A stretch of DNA of 62,621 bases, the filler included, from Choristocarpus tenellus KU-1152 (lineage: Eukaryota; Protista; Phaeophyceae): assembly GCA_964200185.2 (NCBI GenBank). It is 11 parts of 11 records of this genome, joined end to end, with 100 filler letters (N's around TTAATTAATTAA, not from the genome) between each part and the next. Parts side by side here need not be neighbours in the genome. Positions count along the whole stretch, not along the records: positions 47,033 to 51,198 come from CAXNAD020015883.1; positions 51,299 to 55,817 come from CAXNAD020014188.1; positions 55,918 to 62,621 come from CAXNAD020007524.1; 8 more parts are not named here. One strand, written 5' to 3'. The translations under genes and the position numbers were made by a program. Positions 50,480-62,621 of this stretch are shown here, one piece after another. Each line of letters starts with the position of its first letter. The stretch's first letter is position 1. Below the pieces are notes generated by a model that worked only from the letters and a program-made list of their open reading frames with translations, searched no databases and was not told where the DNA came from.

Positions 50480-51120
50480 GTATTCTATGTTTTAACAAAT
50501 GCAGGGAGCTTCTGAGTTGGTGGGAGATGTGGGAGATGGTTGCTGTGGTCATGTGCTTGGGTGGGGTGGTTTGGAGGGACCGTGTATGGGTCAGCTGCAA
50601 GGAGCTTCTGGTTAGGTGGGGTGGATGGTGGGGGTGTTTGTGGATAGGGTTGACAAGGTAAGGGCAAGTTAAGGCGGGGATCTTGAGCAGGTTCGGTGGT
50701 GGGGTGGGGTGATATTGGTTGGGGCGGTGGTGGGGGTGATGATGGTGTTTGGGGACACGGGGAGCAGTCCAAGTGGTACAAAGTGGTACAGGGAGCCCAA
50801 GGTCCTGAGGGAGTGGTGTACGCGTCTTGCCATTGAGCAGGTGGGGTGTGTGGGAGATTACTGTAGTTGGTGTTGTTATGGATGCGGTGGCAGTTTACGT
50901 GGGGGTGGACGGGCTTGGTCACAGTGGAAGCAAACTTCTCTGGGAAGAGCGCCGTCCAGAGAGGATGGGCGTCCACAAGCGGGAGTTGATGGTGTTCCCT
51001 CCAAATTCTTTCAAGTTCAGTCGTGGCTCAGTAGAGTGAAAGGAGTCATTGGTCAGAACCCTCGCCAGGTTCCATCGCCGACGTTCCAACCAGCAGTGAG
51101 GTGTACCAAATAGTCAGTAA
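50480..51120 (-). mobile_element. Degenerate Copia gag / pre-integrase relic
   Basis: CFHCDQ knuckle remnant and a QWQD.. segment similar to ~47800-47880; same CA/TG-rich composition. Confidence 0.4.
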
Positions 51121-51298
51121 CAATTGTGCAAAATAGGACAATAGTGAGGTGTACCTTATTTTGTGTATATGAGATTATTGTGTTGAATTGAGTCCATGNN
51201 NNNNNNNNNNNNNNNNNNNNNNNNNNNNNNNNNNNNNNNNNNTTAATTAATTAANNNNNNNNNNNNNNNNNNNNNNNNNNNNNNNNNNNNNNNNNNNN

Positions 51299-51338
51299 CC
51301 AAATGGACGCGGCTCTACCCTCTAAGATACTTTGGCTC
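51299..51338 (+). mobile_element. MITE family A right end at contig start
   Basis: CCAAATGGACGCGGCTCTACCCTCTAAGATACTTTGGCTC. Confidence 0.85.
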
Positions 51339-51542
51339 ACCATCTGCATGGGGCAAGGGGTCCCATAGACCAGAGCCCCACATCCAAAATTGAGGTGTAG
51401 GGCATGTAGGAAAACAAGCAACATGTACACCAATAGTCACATATATTGTGTTGAGTCAACATAATATCCTCATTCTGCCGCCTCCCCACACTCCCTCAAT
51501 CTATCTGGAACCATAGTTCTGTCCATTATTTCTTCTACCAAC

Positions 51543-52805
51543 CTGAGTCATGGGCTTATCAGCCACAGGTATTTGGTCGCCAACAACTCGACGAGTTATT
51601 TCTTCACCATGAAAAGCCAACAGTGCACAGCATTCTGCCCTGTTATATCTGGTGAAGATGACATTAAGTAATGAGGACCACTGCACCAGAGTTCAAGATG
51701 GATTCCTCGCTATTGTCTCGCCAATATAAACCAACTCTGTAACTTCACATGTGATATAAGTGGCAAGAAGCCACACTACTGTGCATGTGCAGCTATGGTT
51801 GGGGTCAATCATGGTCCAATGATCCGACCACCATGAGGACGGAATGCAGAATGAAGGTTTCGTGCAACAGGGCAGTGCTGATAAAGGAGTGAAGAATGCT
51901 TAAGAGAACCTTCTCCTCTTGGTCAAAAATGAACAGAGGTGACTACTTTTGTGTGCGTATCTCAGAATAGAAATCCTTGATTATGAGGAGTGAACTAAGC
52001 TTTATCCCCAATATAAGGAGATCCTACTATCGGGAGAGTAAGGTATGACATGGTAACACATCGAGATATGATTTGTCTAATGCTTCATCCTGGGAACCCC
52101 TGTGAAAAATGGAGGCAAAGCAGGTGGATGTTTAATTTGACTGGACCTGGATGTTCTAGCTTCAATAAATGTCCTCATACATAGAGTATCGCACTGAATC
52201 ACCTGGCAGCCATGTGAAGTGGGGTACATTGGGTGAAGTCCTTGGCATTTAGCATTGCGGAAGCCTCAATTAGCAGTCTGTCCAATAGGAAGGTACCACA
52301 GTTGTAAAGGACAAGGTGCTGGACTAAGGGCAAACAAGATTTCTAAGATGAGTACGAAAATCTATGTGAGCTTCCTCTAGATAGCCTGCTGGCAAGGGTT
52401 GCCCAGAAATAATAGGACATACATATATGTTATGTATCACTCATTTTATTGTTAACAAATTTTTCTTCTTAGGGTAAAGGTGAAAGTAGATTTTATTTGT
52501 TGTGATATGCACTAAATACAACAGAGGACTGAGTCCAGCTGTTATTTCCGCGTTCTGCACCTGCAAACCTGAAGCTCTCCAGATTTGGCAGCATGGTGAA
52601 GAGCGGTTCTTCCCATTTTGTCTGTGGCATCCACTTCTGCACCCCTTGAAACTAGGGCATCAATAACCGTGCAGTGCCCCTTCGTCGCTGCCAATGCCAA
52701 GGGGAGGCATACTGCTCCACGAGATAGGTGCACCACGTGCTCGTCAGGAATTTGTCCTGCCGAGAGGTAGAGCTCCACCTCGAATAAGAGGCCAGATTCG
52801 CAGCA
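51543..52805 (-). CDS. Ankyrin-repeat protein (internal exons)
   Basis: Exons 52805-52561, 52277-52203 and 51648-51543 give PLALAATKGH..GAEVDATDKMGRTALHHAAKSGELQVCRLLIEASAMLNAKDFTQCTPLHMAARYNRAECCALL. Confidence 0.9.
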
Positions 52806-54204
52806 CTACATGCGGAGAAAAAAAATGATAATACACCAGATTAAGGAAGGACTTGCATTCTACGCGATATATGGAGATATTGATAGTTTAACCTCGTCTA
52901 CGACTGGGAATACCATGCAGTCAATTCTTCTGTTACATCTACTGATCAATACACAATAACATCTACGATATTACTCATGACGAGGGGAGGTGGAGGGAAC
53001 GGTTCAATTACTTGATTGCTCGATTCTGAGTTCTGATAATGTTTAAAATTCAAATTTTAAATCGTTCTAATATTTCGTCGGAAAAGGTTCGGGACTCTGC
53101 TACAAAACGGTTCTAAATAGAGCGACCAGCTGGAAAAGGTACAAGCATTTTGCGTGGATACCTGAAGAGGGAAAGAAGACCTATCTATTGTTTGTTGTCT
53201 TAGTTTGATGAATATTGATAATTACGTTCCGATAAGAAGAGCAGGTTGCAGTGTGGAAGAGTAGCTCTCACCTCATAGAAAACCGTTCATCTTGTACAAG
53301 AGATTTCAAAAAAACCCTGGGTACTCAGCTCTGAGAATAATCGTACCATATAGAGCTTCCTTGAGCCGAATATATTTCTAACTTATCGACCATCACTCAA
53401 AAATACATGGTTACTGTTCTTGCAGTCAAATATGTACTTCCTCCTCCTAAACAAATACATTCCATTGATTCTTGTAGGCATTTTCATCATCAATATTTTC
53501 AATTTTTTTCATGTACTACTGCTACTACTATTACTATTTTGTACATTGTATATTTCCACAACATTGAGGTCATGTGTTGGAAGTACAAGAGTTTTTGTTT
53601 TGTGTTCTTATTTTTTCCCCAACTTACCTTTAACTACCACAAATACTTTCGACCATTAGTAGTTTCTTCTTGAGATTTCCAAGTTTGGAAGGTGTTCAAT
53701 TCTGTTCTATTTTCCTACAATTTTTCTTGATAAATTTTATATTATTAGGTTCATATTTCTACCTATATTTTATTCTCTGCGACCTACAAAACATTCTATA
53801 TTGTTCTCGGACACTTTGGAAATATATATGAGAAAAAAACAAAACTATATCAAAATAAGTTGTGTAAAATAAGAGTTGTGAATAAAGAGAGATCCAAAAT
53901 ATATCCACCATCACCCCATCTCTTATCCGCGACCAATCTTGTTAACAAAATATTTCAATCCTATTTTTAGGAAGAATATCGACCACATCAAAAAATATGC
54001 GATAGTGGATTTTGGTGGATTTTCTTCCTAAAAATATGATTAAAAAGAAATTACGGCTGATTGATCCAGCATAGAGTATGAACTTAGAAAACTAGTAACA
54101 CAATACTTTTCCGTTTAAACAGCAGTAACTTCAAAGTAATGTGTACGCTGCTAGTATGCCTCTAACCTGCAAAGGTGGATGAAGACATACGAAATTATCA
54201 CAAA

Positions 54205-54340
54205 ATTCTGACAGACCCCTTCTTGCCCATCTGTCTGGTGCCTCAAGCTCGATAAGCATGATGTGCCTTGAGAGAATCACTTGTGCAGTAACGGACACCA
54301 TCTGTCTCAAACGTAACTTGACAGTCCCTTTTCTATAGTA
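54205..54340 (-). repeat. Dispersed repeat family D
   Basis: Aligns with 36300-36434; ends ...CTATAG|TA. Confidence 0.7.
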
Positions 54341-54649
54341 TCCTCCCGTCCCTCTCCTCTACTGTGTGAGAGACTAATTTACCCAAGAAACTTTCTGCTT
54401 GCATTCCAAGGCACACAAAATTTTCCACTGTGAAGGTGTTGAGATTAATACTCCGAGCGTCGAAAGATCCCTCGTATTGGGAGCGTTTTTGGGGCTCAGC
54501 GGCAGCAGCAGCTGTACCATTGCTGGTGGGTGAGTGAGGCAGACGAGTTGGTTGGGCTTACCCAAAACCAACACCCAGAAGGAGGCCTTTGTCCTGGGAA
54601 GGAGCTGAGCCAGCACATGAGGTTGTCTCAGCGTGCACCTCATTTATGC

Positions 54650-54907
54650 GAGCCAAAGTATCTTAGAAGGTAGAGCCGCGTCCATTTGAGGACCAAAATC
54701 CAAAGTTGTGATTTTGATTAATTTTGGCCATCGCAGTTGTTAGGGAGTGTCAATATCCATGTTCTGGACACTCCTTTTCATAACTTATATATTTTACCTA
54801 CTCCGAAACATTTTGGAGTAGGAAAATGCCCCAAAAGGACCCATGAGAAGCCAAGCCCCAAATGCACAAATAGGGAAAAACTCGTACCCTCTAAGATACT
54901 TTCACTC
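54650..54907 (-). mobile_element. MITE family A (Sola2-like), flanks share TGC
   Basis: Both TIRs intact; only a 3-bp duplication, or 4 bp overlapping the terminal G. Confidence 0.9.
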
Positions 54908-54999
54908 TGCGGAAGTTTCGGTCCACTGTAGATAGGCTGCTACCCTCCTTACCGCAAGGGATACCCATTCCCCAGCAGAGTTAGTCTCGGCTTTTCTCC

Positions 55000-55817
55000 A
55001 TCATTATGTGCTGGCGTACTTGTCCTCTTGTCCTAGGGCAAGTGTAGGTATGTGTCAGGTGTCGACATTATGCCTCCTGTACCTGGCCACTGGACACCTG
55101 TTAGATAGGGCATCCTCTTTCCCTCAAGATCTGCTGGTGGCAAGTCTAAATTCTACAGGAGGAAACTGGCATGCTGATTCAACTTTGATCGTGGGCTAGA
55201 GCTAGGAAAGAAGCTTTCCATCCCTTGTTCCTCTCTATTATCTTAAGAGATTGGGCAGTTGCGTAAGAAAGGAGTTGAAATGGATCCTGTTCAGAAGGTT
55301 GGTAATCTTGTTGTGATCCTGGTATCATGAGCTGTTAGAGTACAAATCTCCAGGACAGGGACAGCGGCTGTCGTTCCTGCTCAATCTACCCGGCCTCGGT
55401 CAATAATTCCTGTCAAGATTATGCTTGACCATTTGTGAGAATATGATTTGAAGTATTATTTTATGTACGCACAGAAGATAATGCGGGACATATTTGACCA
55501 GAAGTAATCGGCGGACTATTAGAGTTGGATGGTTTCTGACATGTACTAGAGAAACGTTGAGTCATTTGATATTCTGAGTCATTCAATGTAAGGACTGGTG
55601 AGCCCCACCTAGTACAGGTATCTCACTCGCTTCTTAACTGTGGTACAAGTTAATAAACAATAATATAACTAGTTGTGTGGGACAACAGATCGTCAAGGAC
55701 AACTTAACAATTCCTGCCAAGTCTTTCAAGGGGGGCTGTTGAGAAGAGGGCATGGATCAATAATCGTAGGGCCTGGACTTTGGAGCTCGCACAAATGGTC
55801 TGGGTAAAACCTCTCAT
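55000..55817 (+). mobile_element. Degenerate Copia RT/RNase H end with polypurine tract and start of 3' LTR
   Basis: QSTRPRSII and LELDGF remnants; AAGGGGGG (55728-55735) followed by TGTTGAG at 55737. Confidence 0.5.
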
Positions 55818-55917
55818 NNNNNNNNNNNNNNNNNNNNNNNNNNNNNNNNNNNNNNNNNNNNTTAATTAATTAANNNNNNNNNNNNNNNNNNNNNNNNNNN
55901 NNNNNNNNNNNNNNNNN

Positions 55918-56128
55918 TGACTACGGACTATAAGGAATCTTGACTACTGACTAGAAGGAATCTTGACTACTGACTAGAAGGAATCTTGACTACGGACTAG
56001 AAGGAATCTTGACTACTGACTAGAAGGAATCTTGACTACTGACTAGAAGGAATCTTGACTACGGACTAGAAGGAATCTTGACTACTGACTAGAAGGAATC
56101 TTGACTACTGACTTGAAGGAATCTTGAC
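55918..56128. repeat. 23-bp minisatellite (TGACTACTGACTAGAAGGAATCT), ~9 copies
   Basis: Head-to-tail units with no spacers; begins at the contig edge. Confidence 0.95.
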
Positions 56129-57611
56129 TCGGTTTAGTTGTCATCCACATCCACATCCACAACACTATAAATCAAGTATTGAGTACTATAAATCAAGTAT
56201 TGAGAATTGAGTATTGAGTACTACTCTAGTAGACGGTATGTACCTGCATTTCAAAGCAGTAAGTGAGCCTGTGGACTCATTTGAACTACCCAAGGTTGAA
56301 GAAAGGATGCTACGGGAGCATGTGATACACCATTAGTTACCATGTGATACACCTTTTGTTACCACGTGGTAAGAAGGCACCACTAATGAGATCAAAGTGA
56401 TTATTATGAACTAGAACTCATCATAGTATGTGGTGAAGACGCCACCCCCTACACAGATTACTTAACTCTTCAAATTTTAATTATTTTTTCAGTACTGAAA
56501 AATGTAAACAAACAACGGCTGGGTTTTGTGAGAGCAATGTAGATTGTTCTGAATACTAACCTGCTTGACTCCATCTGCTCTGGTCCAAAGTTCCAGGGGA
56601 TATGAATATGACGACATTATCACAAAGCACATTACATTAATACATGCTTCGTTAAAAGCAAAACAGATTGTTCAAGTAATCTTACACAAATACATGTAGC
56701 AAGGCAAAAAGGCACCACCTCGTGAGGGGTCCTAAATGAGGCAAATAATGTGGGGACATCACTTCAAGTGCTTGAACTCCATACTCTATACTCTATAGTC
56801 AATACTCCATAGTCCACTGCATCACCACAAGAAAAAAAACAAAAGAAAATAGTGTGACTTGCCACCATCATAGTCCAGTGGCGTCTCAGCATTCAACAAA
56901 ATAAGAGGCCACCGTACCACCCAGCTTATTTGGTGTGTCATACCTCAATGATCACTAACGGCATATACCTCCCCAGTGGCAATGTTGTTCTACAAATACA
57001 CCATGGAGCCCGTTGCCTTCCCCCTCTCCACAAATCTACAATTTAATCAAATCTTCAAATGTTGTACTACCCTAGCATATGGTCGTGTGAGTGACCACCC
57101 CATTGGTAGCGAGGAAGCTTGCCATTTGACACTAGAAGAACGCCAATTTTGATGGGGATCTTTTTGTAACAAATCCATCATGTGTTTGACATCTAGGACA
57201 CTAAAAAAACGCGATTCCTTCCCGTGCACACAAAAAATAAAATAAAGCAATGAAATAAATGTGTTTCCCACTTATGAAAAAAAAATCCTGCTGATTGGAA
57301 GCGATTCATTACTCAGTGGGCCACCCATTGTTCAGTAGGGTGTCCACCATTGCAAGATCCACAATAACATACCAGCAGGGGCACTTAATGTCTGCTCACA
57401 CACCTGCTACTGATGCACCCCTCACTACTTGACACCAAATTTTTCATTGGTAACTGACCTCACATCTCATGGGGTTAAAGCACCATATTCCATGTTGTGG
57501 TTCAAAAGCCCATGGCAAAAGGGTCTCCTGGTCTCCTCTCACATATTACATAAATCCAAGGAGCTAATGAAATTTTGTGAGAAAGTCCAACACCCACTAC
57601 CACTTCTCACC

Positions 57612-59380
57612 TTTGATGGCTGCAAGGGTGTGCACTCTGCTCTTAGTTAAAATTACTCCACTTGGATTTCTAGAATGCTAAAGCAAGCATGTACTTCAGG
57701 GGCAAGGTCACAACCCCGCGTAGTCAGTGCCATGTTTCATGTGCAACTCAGAGTAACTTGCACTCACTAATGCTAATGTGATGCTTGAGACAAGGTATGC
57801 ATGTCACTGTCACAGCAACAGCAATAGCAACAGTATATTTGTGCTACTCTGACCTGAGTAAAAAAGACAGCAACTGAAAGGGAATGAAATACACAAAACA
57901 ATCATCACAAATAGACGTCTAGAGTTTTGTGTGGGTATGATCTTTACAGGTAAACAGAATAAAACTTATTAGTAAAGTTGGATCACTTTCAACCTATCAG
58001 TTTTACATTGTGGAGGTTAAAAATTGGGTCACAACTCTTCAAATTCTGTAAGCAAAGGCAATGTCCTCAAGGCACACTAAACATCAACTCACCTCTTGGA
58101 CAATGCCCATAATATCTGCTCCTGAAAAATCATCTGCCTCATCACTCCCATCAACTGCATCCTCCAGATCCATATCCTTCCCAACAAAACACAAAAAGAG
58201 TTTGACATAATTCAACAACAGCGAGGGAGAGAGGGAGATTTTGTGCTTTCAATTGCGCAACCACACCATCATGCTGTATCAAGGGACTGGAGGGGAAGGC
58301 CCAAATCAGTCCTTACTGTGACTTCTAGAAACGTAGTGAAAGATGAGTCAGGAGGACAGGGTATACATAGTGGGTCTCCTTTTGTGATGTGCACAATGTA
58401 AAAAAATGGGGCATAGAGGAACTCTTGACAGCGCAATATGTTTCAACGCACCACAAAAGCACCTTAATCTGAACTGGATTCAACCCCAGTCAGTAAATTG
58501 TCACAACAATATTTGTTACATCTCTTCACTCAAAGACCAGCGCATCGGCTACGGCAACTACGATCACAAAGAGTTGTGGATCAGTACCACCCTGCATTGA
58601 TTGAAATAATCCTAGTCTTCTTTTTCTTTGTCTCTACCCAATCAACCTCCAGCTTTCCCTGTACTTTGATGGACGACAACTCAGACGATTACGAAAGTGT
58701 GTAACAAAAACCAGCACAACTACAGCCTGTTGACAGGGTCACACACCTTGTTCTCTTCTGCAGGCAGCCAATCAATATCCACAAAATCCCCATCAGGTGT
58801 TGACCATCGTTCCCTCCAATATGCCAGTGGCTGCACGGGTGCAAAGGAGGTGGGATATTTTGATGTCTTTCCAAGCAAATTTGCCAAGCTGTAGTTGTGT
58901 ACGCCTCGCAGCGCATGTCACTCTTACCTTGCGGTCGCCAAGCACTCGCCTCTCAAAGTCTCCTGATGACACAATAGTGTGCATATGAGCATTTCGTGCC
59001 CAGAATGGAGGCTTATACGTCCGAGCCTTGAACTTTCCCGCTGCCTTTCGCATCTCGCACAGTTTTGCGTCCCAGGGTTGCACCCCGTTAGCCGACCACC
59101 CCAACGGCATTATTCCAAGACTACTCAAGAGATCAGCGGCGTGTGACACTATGCGGGTTGAAGAGATAGCCCACCCAGCACAAACTGACAGGAAAGCAAA
59201 AGAAACAACCGTTGTGATGGTGGACAACTGTTTGAAAATTGGTAGAGAACAAGGCCCCCTCGAAGTTGATCGCAAAGCCCCACAGCCTGTCACAACCTTA
59301 GGTGTGTCCAGCGAGGGAAGATCGCGAAGCTTACCATTGCGATGACTTGGACCCATTTCCTGTGATCCAGTCATACACAT
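57612..59380 (-). CDS. YheT/ABHD1-3-like alpha/beta hydrolase, N-terminal exons
   Basis: Exons 59380-58928, 58830-58747, 58176-58093 and possibly 57642-57612. Hydrophobic anchor, then YKPPFWARNAHMHTI and WRERWSTPDGDFVDIDW. The catalytic region is not seen in this contig. Confidence 0.82.
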
Positions 59381-61156
59381 AGCGATACAAAGCTCCAACT
59401 TCGTACGTTACACTTGTTCGAACCCACACCTGAATATTCAATTCGTTTGGAGTTAAAAACCTCAGACAAACAACTTGTGGTTTAATTACAAGTAATCCTT
59501 AGTAGTGAGGCATAACTTAAATCGATCTCGTTGACTATTTCTACCTCCCAGCAGGGTTGCCTCAGAAATGAGGATCACTGCTGGGAAGCCTAAACACTAG
59601 TGAGCTTGTGTTTGAGAAGGAGGAACCCTGATTTGGAACAAGTAAAACAGAAAATAGTCCAAAGAGTTAAAAAATAAAAGTGAGTCATTACGGTTTCGTC
59701 ACACGTACATGTACGTACGCTGCCTGATGAAGGTGACAAATCTACATCTACGTCTTCCTTATCACTAAGTTAGTGAACCTCAACCCCAACAGTTCCAAAC
59801 CCCTCAATCAACGGTCTACCTGTGTGGGGAGAGTCGACCAGGGAGGAAAATTCGTCAACATAGTGAGAGACCTGGAGGTGGTGGTGATAGTATGTTCTGC
59901 TCACAAGGCTGACAGGTCAGTGAAATGGAACTTCGTGTCAAGTACGAAAAAGCTTCATAACGAATATCCTACGCAGGAAACTTCTCAAGAGGAAAACTGC
60001 AGTGGTAGTGGGAGCTAATCCTCTATGTCATAAACAATAACGGCCTGCACGGGCTGAAGAGGAAGTGCAGGTACGAAAAAGGTAGCAGGAGGTAGTCGAC
60101 ATTTGACTTCTATCTCCATTGGAAGACCTTGATTTCATTGATTGGGGAGATGGAAGATATGAGTGAAGGGGACAAAAACCTCGATGTTTTCCAGCACAAC
60201 GACAGGTAGTGAGTAGTACACTAGTAGTTTTTCCGTTGGAGGTGGAAGACTCGTGTAGGTAAATGATGTCTAATAAATAGTACATTAACATGAATGATCT
60301 ACATACGCCATCGATATGTATACTCATGTGGAAACTCAGTACCCTGTGCTGCATGTGCCATCTGAGGGGTTCCTGTTTTGATGTTTCCTGCATTTATTTC
60401 TACAAGACTTTGTACTCTTCTCAGTATTGCTGGTTTTGGGACCACATGTGCGCCCTCATTGTTCAGAGCTTGTTGGAGACCATTAATCCAATGCATGAAT
60501 TTCGCGGGCCAGAACCCAATCATCCCAAGACTTCTTTTCTGGTTCCAATTGTGCAAAATTCATCGTGTGGAAAGCATTACATGTTGCACACTATGCTACC
60601 TGTCCCAGTACCAACACAAGAAATATGATCCAGAACAGGGTGGCAAAAGGCTTCATTGCGAAGCAATGCCAGGCGGATATAGGACAAGAACTGAGGGAGG
60701 AGATGGAGCGACAGAAGTAGTAGGATGGCTGAACTCAACACTTGAGAAGCAAGGCACGAACAGAGGGAGAACAATTAGTCGTAGAGTAATTTTGTTTATA
60801 GTAGTGAGCGTGATGACAAAGAGTGCAGTGTGCAATGTCTCTTACCATGGGTCGGGATATCACTCCTCAATCCTAAAGGATAAAATAGTAATATGTGAAA
60901 CCACCCTTCTTACTTATGTGTATCTACAGCGTATTGGGTTTTACTCTTACATACACCAAAATACGTCCAGACGCGCAAGGAGAATGTTTTTTCCGAACAC
61001 TGGCTCTAAATGTGTGCAATTGGCTTCAATAGACCAACAAAGAACCAAAAATGACTTAATAGGTCGGGATAGAATAAAAACATGAGGGTTAAACATCTTG
61101 GAAAACGCTTAAAGGTATAGTATGACATACATAAGCTACGAATTAAAAACATCCTA

Positions 61157-62621
61157 CCGTGGGTTACCCGATTTTGGGCCAAATATTATGAACCAAATCA
61201 ATTTTGTACCGCTTTTTTCGACATGCTCAAAAATGTAGGATTTTGTATCGGAATTCTCGTATTCGGGCGATTTGGAGCAAAATCCCAAAGATATTCGCGC
61301 GAGTTTGGCGCGCGCGAAGAAAATGGTCGCGAAAAGTGCCCTTCTTCCGGAGTCATGCTACCATATAGCAGTCCAATACGTTGCTGGTAGGGGAATAAAG
61401 TGGAAGCCATGCCTTGTGCAGCGAGAAACCTCTGCAAGATGCCTTCAAACACACCGGGTCCACCTTCTACACAATCCACAAGTGCCGTAAGTGCAGTGGG
61501 TACCTCCATGGTATATGTGGTGTAAGGGATCCTGAACTCGACGATGACTGCAAACGTATGTGTGAGGGGCAGTGCTTGGCACTGCAGCAAGTTGCGGGCG
61601 CTGATGGCAAGGGCGCATTGTTATCGGCTTCATCGCTCGGCTCGCTGAACGGTAGCTCATCTGGTGCTGCAGCTGACAGCCGCGGGCAGAAATCTAGGGC
61701 CCCTTTGAGGAGGGGCCATGGAACAAAACGGTCCAACTTGACGTTGAACACGAAGTCAGAAGTGCTTGACCACCTCAAGAACAAGAAGCTCAAAGTCACT
61801 TTCGTCGCAGAAAAATTCAACATCGCCGAAAGGACAATGAGGAAAATCCGGTTGAAAAAAAAAAATCATGGAGCAAGTCCATTCGAGACCGGGGGCAGGG
61901 AAAGCAAAGTCTCTCAAAGGACCCAAGTTTCCCGAGGTGCATCTGCAGTACTTTAGTATCGTGCGATTTTTAAGCGGTGCGACTGTGATCTTCATTTTTT
62001 GGTCGTGATGTTGAATCGATCTATGGAGCAAATTGCTCTTTCTAGTTTGCATTCCATGAAGAACAGTGTTGCAAACTCTCGTTGACATGCCCCATTGTCA
62101 TTTCCACGTTACTTGTGAAAGGTCAATAAAAAGGCTCTCGCGCTTTTTGAAGAAGTGCGGGCTGCAAAGCTACCATCCAATTGAGCTACCCTTCAGACGC
62201 TAGGGCGGAAGGCGAGAGATAGCTCCTCAGCAGTGCGAAGTCCGACGAAGAACGCCAGTGGCTCAGCGAATTCGATGCAAGCGATCACTGGGTAACAAAT
62301 TTTGTCATCTGCAACAATCTCAAAAGTATGTTACTCCATGGTGAAGCGGGCAGCGTCGACGAAGAAGCTATTGCAAATGGAATGGCGACAGTCCGCAAAG
62401 AGTGCGAAAATTAGGACCTGACTAATATCTTCAACGTGGATGAGACATGACTGTTCTACTGGGTGCTCCCCCGGCGAACCTACCTCGCGCCTGGCGAGCA
62501 CCGCAAGACAATGAGAGGTGTGAAGGACATGAAGGTGAAGGAACACCTTACAGCCTACATTTGTATCAACGCTAGTGGTACCGCAAAAATGACACTGGCC
62601 TTCATAGGAGCGGCCGCGAAT
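61157..62621 (+). mobile_element. pogo/Tigger-like transposon with decayed transposase (PHD-like finger, CENP-B HTH, HTH_Tc5, DDE_1 start)
   Basis: RSNLTLNTKSEVLDHLK..VAEKFNIAERTMRKI; KFPE/VNKKALALF across a GT-AG intron (61937-62121); FDASDHWVTNF..LHGEAGSVD..NIFNVDET*LFY..LPRRT. Putative terminus TA|CCGT at 61157. Runs off the window. Confidence 0.88.

Noticed and set aside
55918-56128. 23-bp repeats as a CRISPR array
   Set aside because: Units are head-to-tail with no unique spacers, there are no cas genes, and the context is eukaryotic.
18660-59380. Two alpha/beta hydrolases, HSF and TPR kinase as a stress or lipid gene cluster
   Set aside because: They lie on different artificially joined contigs.
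60378-61085. 235-aa ORF
   Set aside because: No domain motif and an intron/UTR-like composition; probably spurious.

Overview
Eukaryotic, intron-rich nuclear DNA, most consistent with a photosynthetic stramenopile such as a brown alga or close relative. This is an inference from a heterokont-type bipartite plastid presequence, a stramenopile-style HSF motif and TTAGGG-like tracts. The window is not one locus: it is 11 short contigs joined by ten identical 100-bp artificial spacers (N44-TTAATTAATTAA-N44), so neighbourhoods across spacers mean nothing. Host genes, mostly partial and reconstructed from GT-AG exons: an acyl-protein thioesterase with a full Ser-Asp-His triad and probable plastid targeting, an HSF-type transcription factor, a TPR plus AGC/PDK1-like kinase, an ankyrin-repeat protein, a YheT/ABHD hydrolase, several orphans and two tRNA-Thr(CGU). 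Most of the rest is transposon-derived: an abundant ~260-bp GAG...CTC MITE with 4-bp target duplications (Sola2-like) and two sibling families, a DD39D-type mariner pseudogene with a Stowaway-like end, an intron-containing pogo transposase with an N-terminal PHD-like finger, Copia, hAT and LINE relics, and minisatellites. The best leads are the PHD-like pogo fusion, the Sola2-like MITE families, CpG decay in repeats (implying 5mC) and the plastid-targeted thioesterase. I found no CRISPR array and no convincing novel multi-gene system.
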